Positions 26,101 to 39,149 of a stretch of DNA of 64,000 bases are shown piece by piece. The first letter of the stretch is position 1. Every line of letters starts with the position of its first letter. The notes beneath the pieces were generated by a model. It was not told where the DNA came from and did not search any database. It saw only the letters and a list, made by a program, of their open reading frames with translations. Source of the DNA: Vicugna vicugna (lineage: Eukaryota). The stretch lies in contig MU058844.1 of assembly GCA_013265495.1 (NCBI GenBank), positions 3,973,895 to 4,037,894 on the forward strand, read 5' to 3'. The position numbers were made by a program, and so were the translations under genes.

Positions 26101-29100
26101 TCTACCAAGGTGCCTTTCTCTTTAGGGAGCCAGCTGTCAGCATTTCTGCCAAGAATGCTTTCTTCCCCACCCCAGTTCTTCAGATGCAATCACGTAGCCC
26201 TGGAGTGTGGAGGGAAAGAGGGAGCAGGAAACACTCAAGCCCTTGTTATTCATCCCTATCTCTGACTCTTGTGTCTTCCCTACTCACGTGGCAATCGGGC
26301 AGACACTGAACCACCCAAAGTAATTTATTTTTGTTCTTACATTGGAATGAAAGTTTGGCCTGTGTATAGCATCTAAGTAATTTTCCTTTAGCACCTCAGA
26401 GACATTGTTTGCTAGCAACCTACTTCACAGCCAAAGAATGTCATTTTAGTTCTCCCTCCTTCTAAATCTCATTTTTCCTTCAGAATCATGGGGATATGTT
26501 TGCTATATCTTTTATTGTTTGTTTTCCTATATCTTCTCTATTTTTTCTTCCATAAGCTCTAATAGAAGAGAAACTGGCTGTTCTGGGTTTTTCTTCATGT
26601 CTCTTAAACCATATAGATGATATTATGTCAGAATTATTACTTATATGAAAAGTCATAAGGAATTGCTATAATCTGCACGAAAATATTTAGGCAGGAACCA
26701 GCAAAGTTTAAACTAAGTTTATAATTAGATCAAGAAATCACCCAAAAGAACTTCACCCAAAAGAATTAGTACATAATAATATATGTACAAATACTGAAGC
26801 CTTTTTTTTGCAATAGCAAAACATATGAATGTTTTCCAATACAAAAATGGTTGAAAATTATCATAGCATATATATTCTATAGAATAGTATGCAACTATTT
26901 ATAAAATTAATTATATTTAGAATATTAACCAAATTATTTTTTCTCTAATACCTGTGAATGTATTCAGTGATAACGTTATTACTTTTAATTGTTTTTATGG
27001 AAAAACATGAAAGAAAGAAAAAATGGGAAGAAGGAAGGCAATAAAAGAGGAAGAACATGGAAGAGAAAGATTACCTCATAATTTGTATCAGTCTTTGAAT
27101 ATCTGGTGCCCTTGTGTCCCTGTCGGAGGGACCTAGCATTTATAAGGTTTCAGACTATTTTCATAGAACTACCCAGCTGGAAAAAATAACCCCCTCCCAG
27201 ATATTTATTAGAAATCCCATTCTTATAATCTCCCTTAACAATATTATTTCCATAAATTAGCAATCTTTATTTTTTTAACAGCCAAGTCCAGGAATAAGGG
27301 CAAAAATTGCAACATTTAGGTTTTTGAGAAGTGATGCTTAAAACAAGATTTAACTTTTATTAGATTCCCAAGTAGCTTCTTTTCAGTGCCATTTTCTAGG
27401 ACAACTTGCTAAAATAGCCAGGATTATTATTTTTTAACATCCCAGTAATCCTTGTCAAACTGGGGCCTAAAATGAATCTAACAAAGGACAAATACGATTT
27501 AACTTCAGAATGCTAATTGTAGATAGGAACTAAGGAAGGAAGTTTCTCTTACAAAGCTTAAGAATGGAGTTTCAGGAACTCTTCAAACAGTGAGTATTTT
27601 TAAGTTTGTAGAATCTTTTATAACAACTCAGTCATAGTTAACATTCTAATTTCAGAAGATAGAACAAGGAAAAATAATCAAGTCTAGGATTGTGCAAATG
27701 TAGGATGGACACTAAGTATTTGCTGGAGGGAGAGGGTCCTAACATGTTAGTAAAGTTAACCTATGGTGGGAAAATTAATTGGAACAGGAACATTCCACTC
27801 AAAAGAATGATCCCTGGGGAAACAATCCTCCTACTTGAAAATGAGTCTGGGTAAAGCTCTGGAAACCCTACCATCCACCCTGGAATTCAAATCCACAGCA
27901 ATATTTATTTCATCAGTCGGATGCTTGGACTAAATGGAATTCACAAGATTGTTGAATTGTAGCCATACATCTAAACATACAACTGGTACCTTGGCAGGAG
28001 GATATAAACATTAAAAAAAATTTACATCTATCTTATTTGGGAGTTCCATCAAGACAAGAAGTTCTATTTACATAACACCAAAAGCTCAGTAAGAATCCCT
28101 TGATAGTAACCGAGATTGTAATAGCTGATACACCCTTATTTCTACTTTTCTTGATTTTCAGCTCCGAGGAAAAAAAAATTAAGATTATTTTTCTAGAATC
28201 CAATTTTCCTGAAGGCACAAACTGTTAGAACTCAGAAGAAAAAACCTAATAAAAGTAAATTATTAAAACTAGGCCTCTATTCAGTCACATTGCAAGAGAA
28301 AAATCTTGGACATTCAAAGCACACCACTGGAAATCTAATACAAGAAAAGATGTCTCATTCAGCATAGAATTAACTGGGGCATAAGTGTCAGTTGATTGAC
28401 TATCAAAACTGGTTTTATCCTAGGTTATTCACAGTGTAGTATAACTAATTATCAGGAAAAATCTGCTCATTGCTGGACTTAAACCATCATTCTGAAGGGT
28501 AATGGTGGCATCCATGGTATTCTAGCCATGAAATATATCATAAAATATAGCAGAAAAGGCAGGTGCTAGATTTTGGGAAGGGACAAGTGAGGATCTCAGG
28601 TGACTGTAGGATGAGGTTTTAAAGAAATAATTTTCCCCCACGGGAAAATGGGGAGGGGTGGTTAGAAGTTAATTTTATAGGTCCCATCAAAAGGAGTGGT
28701 ATCTTAATAAGGCTTTTTCCAGGGAGTGGAAAGAGCAACATTAAATTATTTTCCTCATAAGGAGAAAAACAGAGTAATCCAGGAGCCCAGAGCATCCTTG
28801 GCCTATATAGAGGAACCAGGGACTGATGGGAGAAAAAGAAGATAGATGCCTTATTTTAACAAAACTCTGGTATTTTCAGGAGATTTGATCTATTTTGTGG
28901 ATAAGAACCGAGTCTTCATCAATTTCCACCTGAACCACATAACAAGCTAAGGTAAGCAAGGAATCTTTCTTACAAGAGGATTCGCCTATTATTTTGTCTG
29001 AAATGTAAGTGACTCCGAGTAGCTATAATCATAAACCAACTCAATTTTAATTATTATTAGCATTTTCCCTTCAAAAACAAATACATCCATTTGCTGCCAT

Positions 29101-29360
29101 AAGAAAAGCAAATTTTCAAAGAGCGAACTGTCTTCTAAAATGAGCAAACCATTCAATCATTTGTTAAACAAATATTTATTAAATGCCTACCATGTACGAG
29201 ACATTATGACTTCAGTAAAAACTGCCCTTCAGGATGCTGGGAACATGGTTTTCAGAATCAATGAAAAACTGGAGCATTTGCATCTTTTGGGGAAATTACA
29301 GAGTCTTCTGTGGCATGAGAAAATCTATTGGTCTGCTTTTCAGAGCAATGCCTATATGCT

Positions 29361-29788
29361 TATAGTGGTTGAATTGTGTTGCCCAAAAGATACCCAGCTC
29401 CTAACCTCTAGTACCTGTGAATGTGACTGTATTTGGAAATAGAGTCTTTGCAGGTGTAATTAAGTAAATGATATCATGATGAAGTCATCCTGGATGCAGA
29501 AAGAGAAAAGGACACAGAGATGCTAAGAAAAATAACATGTGAAGAGAGGTAGAGACTGGAAGTATGCTGCTACAAGCTAAGCAATGCCGAAGATTACTGG
29601 GAGCCACCACAAGCTAGGAAAGAGGTGTGGAATGGATTCTCCTTCAGAGCCCCCGGAAGGGACCAGCCCTGCTGACACTTTGATTTTAGACTTCTGGCCC
29701 CTCACATTGTGACAGAATAAGTTTCTGTTCTTTTTAGCTACCTAACTTATGCTAGTTTATTATAGCAGCCCTCAAAAAAACTAAATTA
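29361..29788 (+). mobile_element. MaLR solo LTR (MLT1C-like)
   Basis: gtggttgaattgtgttgcccaaaagata...gtacctgtgaatgtgactgtatttggaaatagagtctttgcaggtgtaatt...gctgacactttgattttagacttctggcc...tatagcagccc. Confidence 0.88.
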
Positions 29789-29849
29789 ATGCTCTTATCC
29801 ACAGTATAACCCTACGCCTGGACTCTCCAAAGGTCCATGAAGCCTCAGT

Positions 29850-30393
29850 TAAGAACATCTAAATTAGAAAATCTCCAAGGGACTGTGGCCATGAGGGGAC
29901 TGGAGGAAGCTTGCAACAGTGTCATTTGTGGTAAAGATCAACCAGGAACATTTAGCCTGCAGAGGGTAATGGTAGACTTAATGACTCTCTTCAAATATTT
30001 GGAAAACTGTCCAATCTATGTGGCCTCATAGATGAGTGGACATACAATTTTTCATCCAAAATGAGGCATTTCTGAGAATTAAAGAGAGAAACTATTACTA
30101 ATCATGCTGGGACAACAGATTTATGTTAAGCCAAGACTGTCTCGAGCCAAGTAGGACATGATGATCTCCCTGTGCACAGAAGATAGCTAGGATCAAAGGA
30201 TGGGAAGGAGAAAGAGAGAGACACAATTTGGTTTAAAACAAGGATGAATTTCTCAATAATCTGACCTCTTACTAGATTCGTCTTAGTAGAGACTAGGTAA
30301 TCACTTGGCAAAGAATTTAAGAGGAATAGCATTTTGCTTTAAGATCTCTGAAGTGTCACTTCCTAGTCTGAGGTTATATGTTCTGTGATTCTG
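29850..30393 (+). mobile_element. CR1/L3 LINE 3' fragment, split by a MER94-like MITE at about 30030-30172
   Basis: ggaacatttagcctgcagagg...tcttcaaatatttggaaaactgtc and terminal gttctgtgattctgt are CR1-like. The insert catacaatttttcatccaaa...ctgggacaacag...ggacatgatgatctccct is MER94-like. Confidence 0.7.
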
Positions 30394-30804
30394 TTTCAAA
30401 TTTGAATTTTACCATTTTTAGTACATATTCCATATCAAGAGCTGATTTTGAATTCTGCCTCTGTCGTTTTTCAGTTATAAATTCTTAGTAAATATATTTG
30501 ACCACTTTGAGCTACAGTAATATCTATTTCAAAGGATGGTTGTGAGGTTTAAATGACAACATGTGTAAAATTTAGCATGCTGTGACATACAACAGATAAT
30601 AAATAAACATTCCTTTCACCTTACTAAACTATAAATATAAAACTACTATAAAATATATATTTAACAATGTTTGTACAATTAGCACATTTGTTATTTGGTT
30701 AATTGAGTTGATTAATGACAACCCTTGAATTCTTGAGAAATCAGCATTGCTTAGGATTTATTAGAGTTGTGGGATGAGGAGATGATGTTTTTCACATGTG
30801 CTTG

Positions 30805-30952
30805 AGAGGAGGGAAGTGGGGAGGGAGGTAGGGAGGGAAAAAAGGAAAGAAGGAAGGAAAGAACAAATGAATGAACAGGAGAAGAAAGGATGAAAGAAGA
30901 GAGGGAGGGAGAAAGGGTGGGAGAAAAGGAGAAAAAGAAAGAAAAGAAACAA
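30805..30952. repeat. Purine-rich (GA) low-complexity tract
   Basis: About 150 bp almost entirely G and A on the + strand. Confidence 0.9.
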
Positions 30953-33302
30953 AAACTTCACAGCGATCCTTTTGTCACTGAGAACTGCTCCATGAGCAGC
31001 AAAGTGAAATAATTTGATTCTGAACAAAGTATGTAACTACTGTCCTTCAAATCCTCTGTGACAATTTCTGTAATGTTCTGAATCGATGAGTACATGAACA
31101 CCTCAGATACCGTGCAGTGATTTGTCCTCGGCTGAAATAGACATAAATGCCTTGGGTACAGCTCATTCTGGTTATCTGGAATATGTTTTTAGCAACTTAA
31201 ATTTCTAACAGGCAACCTTCAGTCAGTCTACTGCCTTTAAAGGCTCTAATCAAGACAATAGTTAGGGGGCATAGATGATAACATTTGTCCTACTTTTCAG
31301 GATCCTCGTGAGGATCAAATGGGATAATGAGTGAAAAAGCTTTAAAACCTTAATTGCTACAGAGTGGAACATTCTATTAATAATGAGAGTCAATAGTGAC
31401 AACAGTCCTGCTGGAAAAAGTCAGGTCTCCTTGGCAGCAGGGACAAGAGGTGCACACTTCTGACCCAGGGGCAGAAGGAGACTCCAACTCCACTCTGAAA
31501 ATGTAGGACATCTGGAGAACACATGGAAAAACCTTGAAGAAGACTCCAAAATGGAAAACCAAAAGCTCTGGGACTGCCAGTTTGAAAGAGGCAAAGGTGT
31601 CAGGGGTCTGAATTACATAAAATATAACCCCTCCCCACAACAGACTGATTTTAAGCAACAGCAGGCCAAACACTTGTAACCTGCACCAGACCTGCACAGG
31701 CTGCAGACAAAATGATATTAAGCATCACACAGAAGACCATAAGTGTGCAGGGTGCCTGGCACTTTTCCAGCTCAGCTCACTGGGACTGACCTCCTCCCCC
31801 TGCTCCTTCCTATGGACCACGTCCTAAATGACAGGGTAACATACTGAAAGGTTAAGTTGTGCATGTTCTGCCTCCATACTCCCTTCCCCTTCATTTCTAA
31901 CATCCAGCCAGCTTTGTAAGTTTGGCCCCAAGGATTTGGCTAGAGCCAAAGCAGAAGCAGCCAAATGTTAAGAGCTCTTTCTGCTTTTATTTCAAACACA
32001 ATTTCTAGAAAGATTATGCCAGGAAGGGAGAAGAAAGGGAAGAGGGCATTGGGGAAGCTCAAGAACTCTTGAATTGACTGGGGAGGGGAGAGAGGGCTGA
32101 GAGGCCAGCAAGAAATAAGTCTGCCCTGCAACCTCGCAGCAGCCTAAATGGGAAAGATTTCAAAGGGACTGTGGTGCCTTTAAGCATTTAGAAAGACATG
32201 ATCCCAGGCACCAAGTCCTTAGTCTTTCCAAAGACAATGATGCATGCATCCAAGCAGCAGAGTTGCCCAACCTTAGGGGACCATGAACTTAGAATATGAA
32301 TGTCCTCATGTAAGTATAATAAACCAAATATCCAATAACCAGAGGATTCCCCACAGCATTGAGCTATGTAAGATCTAAGGATCTTATCCAGCAAAGAATG
32401 GAGAGCCTCAAAAATGACTGAGATGTAATTTTTACCATTCTGAGAGGTTGAGGTTTAGAGTTTGAATTCAGTTGGTTTAAACAAAAATTTTATGTGTGAT
32501 AATTTTTGCACATCTCGGTGTGTGGACTGAGAGCTATATCTCGTTACACTGACCTCTTACTTCTGAAATCATGACCCTGCTGGGGTATTTCACTCAATTT
32601 TAGAGTTCCCTGAATTGTGATCCACTTAACCTTTCCCTTACTCCGAATCAGAACATGGATGTCTTGGTGGGCAGATTCCAGCATGGAGACAGCTGTTCAA
32701 CGGACTTTACAGTGAGGCAGGAATAAATGAACATGAGGTTGAGCTCTCTACAATACCTGAATCCCTACTTACACATAGATTTTTATGAGGAATATTTACT
32801 GGTTTTCAGGATGCATCTCAGACATCCTTTCCAAGCCATCCTCAGTTTCCTAATGCCTAGTTAGTTCCCTGTTTCTTCTTCTATTAGAACTTGTGCCAAT
32901 TCCCATCATGGCATTAACCATTATATGTAATTGCTTCTCTGTCTCCCCACAGGGTTGTGTGTATCCTGGGGGCAGACACTGGGTCTAAACACTAAAACTT
33001 CCAAAGAGTGTCTTGACATAATAAAATTTTATGTTGTAAATGAATGTAACATTGTGAATGGTACCTCTTTCCTAAAGAATCAACTGGACACTTCATAGAT
33101 TAAAGTTATGAGGAAGGAAAAAAAGACACTTCACCAAGTGGATCCAGACAGGAAATCTTGTTATTAGTAGCATCTCGATTTAGGGGAATGGTACTTATCT
33201 TTTTGTCTAACTAAAAAGCCGAAGTTAGACTTGAGAAACAAACATTCATTAAGGTTAGTTCTTAAACACATACTAATCTCAGTAAATGTTCAAAGAAGCA
33301 GA

Positions 33303-33527
33303 GTTGGGAGTTCGGGATTTGCAGATATTAACCATATAAATAAAATAAACAACAAGGTCCTACTCTATAGCACAGGGAACTATATTTAATGCCTTGTATC
33401 AGCCTATAATGAAAAAGAATGTGAAAATTAATGTGTGTGTGTGTATGTGTGTGTATTTGAATCACTATGCTGTACACCAGAAATTACCACAACATTGTAA
33501 ATCAACAATACTTCAATAAAAAAAAAA
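33303..33527 (+). mobile_element. 5'-truncated L1 3' end with poly(A), same family as 21120-21550
   Basis: ttgggagttcgggatttgcagata...aacaaggtcctactctatagcacagggaactatatt...acaacattgtaaatcaacaatacttcaataaaaaaaaaa. Confidence 0.92.
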
Positions 33528-34748
33528 GGAGAGGAAGACGAAATAGGAGGAGTAGGAAGGGGACGAAAAATATGCATAATATTATTCCCAAATTTTGAAT
33601 TTCAAGTTTTTCCTGAAACTGAAAAATTTTCTGGTGTGATTTAAATTCTTCAATGAAATTTAATAGAATGAAAACATTTGGACTCTGGGAATTAAGTAAA
33701 TCAGAATTGCATGATTTTCTAGATAATAACACATTTTTCCAATGCTTATTTTTATTGACTGTTTAGTTCTTATGCAATATTATGGGTATTTTTAAGCTTT
33801 TTAAATTGACAGTCACATGTTACATGGATAATTTTTCTTCCTTTCAACACTAGTGAACTATAAAAGGAAATCTCAGGCTCTTCAGCAACTGATTCTTACA
33901 CCACATTTGTTGCTAGTGTTAAAGTTGTTCATTTTCACAGATTATATTAAAAAAAAATGTGATCCAGGATGGAACCTGGCTTGTAAAGTCACAACTTAGA
34001 AGTGAATTTTAAACAAAGTCTAGAAGAATCTATTCATCCCTTCCTAACATGCAATTCTATGAATCAAATATAGATGTGATAATTTTAGATACCTTTTGCA
34101 ATTGCATCACCAACAAATGGTTTGTTTAAAAATATAATTGCAATTTTAAAAGCACACGTGCTTCCATAATATTTTAACACTCCTTGCCTTGTGAGGTAGA
34201 GAAACAAAAAAAGCAGTCCTTTTTTTTTCCTGAAAAATATGACGTCCATTTAAATCTTTTTGTTCTTGAACCTCAAGTTTTTGCCTAAGCCAATGGTCTT
34301 CCATCTTTTTTATAGCAATCGAAACCCCTTTTCAAATTACATTTTCTGCAGAACAGTAACCCACACAAAACAGATGGAAGCAGATCTGCCCTGACTGAGG
34401 CAGAGGATTTGAAGCCCTGCAGGTGGGACTGCATCTGCTATCAATTCTATCAACTCTATTCCCAAACATCTCTCTCCTATGTGCTTTTACCTCCATTGTC
34501 ACTGTTACTTCTCTAATGAAGACCCATGATTGCTCTCATATTTTGGGGACCAAGGTGTAATTCCTCTCCGTCTTTCAATTTCAAACATCTCAATTTCCCT
34601 CCTTGCAATGTGCCATCACCCCACAAACCTTTCCCAATTTGTCTCAGTTTGAAGCGATCTCTCTCTTCTCTGAATGTCATTACCATTTCATCCATGCCTC
34701 ACTTGTGACTCCTGCAACTTTTTACTTTCGTTTATAAGTGTGTGCGTA

Positions 34749-34878
34749 TTTTTTTTTGGTGGGGGGGAGGCAATTAGGGTTGATTGATTGATTGATTTAT
34801 ATGGAGGTACTGGGAATTGAACCCAGGACCTCCTGCATGCTAAGCATGCGCTCTACCACTGAGCTAGATCCTGTCCCC
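34749..34878 (-). mobile_element. tRNA-Ala(AGC)-derived SINE, camelid Vic-1 type
   Basis: Reverse strand reads ggggacaggatcTAGCTCAGTGGTAGAGCGCATGCTTAGCATGCAGGAGGTCCTGGGTTCAATTCCCAGTACCTCCA, then (aatc)n, a C-run and an A-tail. Pol III A and B boxes are present. A decayed duplication tgtgtgcgtatttt/tgtttgcatatctt flanks it. Confidence 0.88.
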
Positions 34879-35429
34879 TGTTTGCATATCTTATTTCCTC
34901 TATTAGTTATCAGTTCTTTGAGGGCAAGATTCATGACTCATCTTGGTTTTCTGATAACACTTTGCATTTTGGAGGTCTTTTATGAATGCTTATCAAATGG
35001 ATGAACAAAGATTCAAGTTGCTTTCAAGATATTCTTTGCTTCAGCCTTCACCATCTGAGCAGAACTATGATGTACTATTCACTATCTTCTCCATTCCAAA
35101 CAGGAAAGTCTACTTAATTTGTCCCAAACATAAGCCACCTTCTATAATCCTTTTCATAAATGACCTACATACAGAGCTTTCCCCTTACTTTCTGCTTCTC
35201 CTATATGCCCTCCAGGTTTTCAAAACTCAACTCAAAATTAAGTTTCTCCTTACCAATAGCCTAATTAGTTAGCCCCACTGAGCCACTTTGTTATTCCATG
35301 TCATTTAACCAATCCCTATTCACTGGTATCATCAACTTCTAATGATGCAAATAACAAAGAGCAGGTAAAATGAATTCATATACCACATCTATACCATGCA
35401 TTTCTTCCAGACTTCTCGTATAGCTCATA

Positions 35430-36130
35430 GTTTTTGAGTATTTACTACATACCAGACCCGTTCTAACAGTTTTCCTGTAATTATCCATTAATTTTTGCTA
35501 AGGTCTCCATAAGACAGGCAACATCCTCCTTTTACAAATTAGGAAGCTGTGGCCAGAGGGACAGATAGGTAGCAGAACTGGATTTCAACTACAGGCAGTG
35601 GGGTGTTAGCTTCTACTCTTGTACCTACTACATGTTTCTGCTTCTCAGAGCTTTGAACATGCGGAGCCTAAGGTTAATCATATGATGTAAAAAAAAGGCT
35701 TCAAAGCTAAGCAAACCAGAGTTCAAAGTCTACATCTGCTGCTTGATAGCTCTGACACCTGAGACAAGATGTGTAATGGAAGCCTCAGTTTTCTTATCTC
35801 GAATAGTGGAGAAATTTTAGTGTTAGGAGAATTGAACAGAAGATATAACATCGAGTCTGTGTTCAATACACAAAGTAAAGCCTTTCAACTAAGGGAGAAT
35901 GAGGAGGATAAGAGTTGAGAGCCTGGGCTCTAGAGTCAGTTTGTCTGCTTCTGAATCCTAGATCTACAAAATACTAACTTTGGGAATATAAACACAATTC
36001 CTAATCTTATTGAACTTCAATTTCTTCAGCTGTCAAATAAGAATAGCAATAGCACCTATATCAGAAGGAATTTGTGAATATGGGAGCTGAAACCACAAAC
36101 AGGGTCTAATGCACAAGTTGCTATTATTAA
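35430..36130. mobile_element. Cluster of three MIR fragments (one minus, two plus)
   Basis: Cores ttttacaaattaggaagctgtggccagag, aagcctcagttttcttatct and ttgagagcctgggctctagagtcag. Confidence 0.7.
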
Positions 36131-36224
36131 CTAACTAGACATTACCACCTTAGCTCAAGCAGCTCCTGAGTGGCCTTTATGCATTTCGGAATGTTACTAT
36201 CCTGTACAACATGGCCAATATCTT

Positions 36225-37968
36225 TGTGGTAAACAGAATTCTAGGTGGCCTCTGTGACCTTAGCTTCCCAGTGTTACTCCTCTCATCATTTCCTTATATG
36301 GCAAAAGGGATTTGCAGATGTAATCATGAAAACCAATCAGTTGACTGTAACATGGATTTTCCTAGTGGGCCTAACCTAATTACATGAGCCCTTTTAAAGC
36401 AGAGCTTTTCCTCAGACTGGTGGCATATTAAGAAATCAGAGACAGGTGGAGCTTGGGAAGGATTCAATCTTCTGTTGCTGCCCTTGAAGTTGGAGAGGGC
36501 CATGTGAGAAGGAAAGGCTTCTAGGAGCAGGGAGTAAACCCCAGATGACAGCCAGCAAGAAAATGGGACTTCAGTCCTAAAGCTGCAAGGAAGTGAATTC
36601 TGCCAACATCTTTTTTCTATCATTTCATTAATTTATTTACTTTACTAAGGTATAATTGACATATAACATATTAGTTTCAGGTGTATAACACAATAATTTG
36701 ATATTTGTATATACTGTGAAATGATCACCAAAATAAGCCTAGTTAACATCCATCACCGTACATAGCTAGAAATTTCTTGTCATGAGAACTTATAATATCT
36801 ACTCTCTTAGCAACTTTCAAATATGCAACACTGTATTATTTTTTCTTTTCTCCTATCTTTCTTTAATGTTTTATATGTACTTTATATATATATTTTTTAA
36901 TTGAAGTATAATCACTTTACAATGTTGTGTCAATTTCTGGTGTACAGCATAATACTTGTCATATAGGAACATACATATATTCATTTTCATATTCTTTTTC
37001 ACCATAAGTTACAAGATATTGAATATGCTTCCCTGTGAGATACAGTATAAGCTTGTTGTTTAGCTATTATATATATATATATTAGTATCTGCAAATCTCA
37101 AACTCCCAATTTATCCCTTCCCACCCCCTTCCCCCACCATTAACCAAATGTTTGTTTCCTATGTCTGTGAGGCTGTTTCTGTTTTGTAAATAAGTTCATC
37201 TTTTTTTTTAGATTCCACATATAAGTGATATCATATGGTATTTTTCTTTCTCTTTCTGGCTTTCTTCGCTTAGAATGACAATCTCCAGGTTCATCCATGT
37301 TGTTGCAAATCGCATTATTATTTTTTATGGCTGAATAGTATTTCATTGTATAAATATACCACACCTTCTTTATCCAGTCATCTGTTGATGGACATGTAGA
37401 TTGTTTCCATGTCTTGGCTATTGTAAATAGTGCTGCTATGAACATTGGGGTGCATGTATCTTTTTGAATTAAGGTTCCCTCTGGATATATTCCCAGAAGT
37501 GGGATTGCTGGATCATATGGTAAGTCTATTTTAAGTTTTTTTTTTTTTGAGGAATCTCCATACTAATTTCCATAACAGCTGCACCAAACTACATTCCAAC
37601 CAACAGTGTAGGAGGGTTCCCTTTTCCCACACCCTCTCCAGCATTTATTTGTGGACTTTTGAATGATGGGCATTATGCCTGGTGTGAGGTGATACCTCAA
37701 TGTAGTTTTGATTTGCATTTATCTGATAATTAGTGATATTGAGCATTTCTTTCAACATCTTAAATGAGCCTGGAGGCATATTCTTTCCTAGAGCCTTAGA
37801 TAAGCACCCCCCTGGCCAACTTCTTGACATCAGTCTGTGTGACCCTGAGCAGAAAACCCAGTCACTCTGTACTGACCATCTGCTCTGCAAAACTGAGATA
37901 AAAAGTGGGTATTGTTTTAAGCTACAAAATTATGGCTAATCGTTATGCAGCAATAGAAAAATAATGCA
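36225..37968 (+). mobile_element. MaLR LTR (MLT1D/E-like) split by an L1 insertion at 36613-37752
   Basis: tgtggtaaacagaattctagg...ggaagtgaattctgccaacatct, then the L1, then caacatcttaaatgagcctggagg...gcagcaatagaaaaataatgca. Confidence 0.85.
36613..37752 (-). mobile_element. Composite L1 insertion: younger L1 ORF2-end/3' UTR (about 37752-36890) followed by a different L1MA-like 3' end (about 36845-36613)
   Basis: ORF 37140-37445 begins with L1 ORF2 C-terminal sequence (MFIAALFTIAKTWKQSTCPSTDDWIKKVWYIYTMKYYSAIK). Two distinct 3' termini. caacatctt is duplicated at 36604-36612 and 37753-37761. Confidence 0.88.
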
Positions 37969-39149
37969 ATCACCTTTACAGATGATTGATTCATATTTCA
38001 ATGAATTCTATTTTAACCTACTGTACAGGACCTTCCAAGGTATTACACTAACCTAACCTTTCTAACTGTACCTCATTCTCACTAGCTGCTGAGAAGTGAA
38101 AATCACTCCCATCAAAGGAGACAATTAACTAGTCTTCCATTGTGGCTTTAATTTTCCAAACTATTACTCTTAGTAACTGCCCTCACATCTGGAGGGCTAA
38201 GGCACACCTCCTCTTAATTCCTTTGTGACTTCCATTTAGCATGTCTCATTGGATCTTAAACCCACCCCCACCCCCACCCCCAATAGAGAGGGGATGGCAT
38301 AGTCCATGGCTTACACCAACATTTTCCATTTCTGTTCCTTTCACAATGAATTTCCTAACTCCTGATGATGAAAAGGCTTGGTGATGAAGTTACTGGTGAT
38401 CGCAATGATAAGACTGCTCTAACAACAGCCGTAACAGCAATAACACAATAACCTCTTGTTAAATACTTAGAAAATTCAGCTCTGTGTTAAATACGTTGCA
38501 TTCTCTTTTATTCCTTTCCATCAGCCCTATGAGTTAGCTCTAAATAATCTCAGTTTGTAGAGACAGAAGTTTGAATTCAGGTGGTTTAAATAACCTAAGA
38601 TTACATAGATAACACAGGATGCACATCTAAATCTATTTGACTCAAAAGTCCCTACTTTTACCAAATTTTAGTGTTGGTTTGGTTTGAGCACTAGAGGACA
38701 TCAGAGAACTTAGGAATGATTATGAACTCTACAGTGCCTTGCAGAATAACACTGTTTTTAGTTGAATTTAATCAACATTTATTTGAAAATTACTTGCGGC
38801 AGCCACTGCGCAAGGCACCAGGAATCCAAACATGAATAAGCTGTAGTTTCTTTAGATGTTCACAATCAAGGTCGTATGGCTTGAGAGAAGGAACCCTCCA
38901 CTTGGGACTTCAAGGATGCATAAGACTGTCAAAGGGGAGGGGTGTTCCAGGCAGAGGAGTATGTGGTAAAAGGGAGGAAAACAATGAATAGCTGGGTGAA
39001 GAGTGACAAGCCAAGGTAGAGGCAAGAGTCTGGAGAGGCACACAGTGGTCAAACTCAGAGGGCAGAGGGCACCAGACTCAGATTACACTCAGTACAGGGG
39101 CAGTTGGGCACCTTTGTTGATTAGATTTGAATAAGGTTAGTCCTATTAA

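Noticed and set aside
28630..28650. Small hairpin attttccc-ccac-gggaaaat (similar short palindromes at about 38793 and 42541)
   Set aside because: Stems of 7-9 bp are expected by chance in 64 kb and are too short for a pre-miRNA.
30761..31027. Hydrophobic Phe/Leu/Ser-rich ORF resembling a membrane peptide
   Set aside because: Translation artefact of the polypurine/polypyrimidine tract.
34800..34872. tRNA-Ala-like sequence
   Set aside because: The acceptor stem is degenerate, and it has a SINE tail and flanking duplication, so it is a SINE rather than a tRNA gene.
37140..37445. 101-aa minus-strand ORF
   Set aside because: L1 ORF2 C-terminal remnant that shifts frame into 3' UTR sequence.
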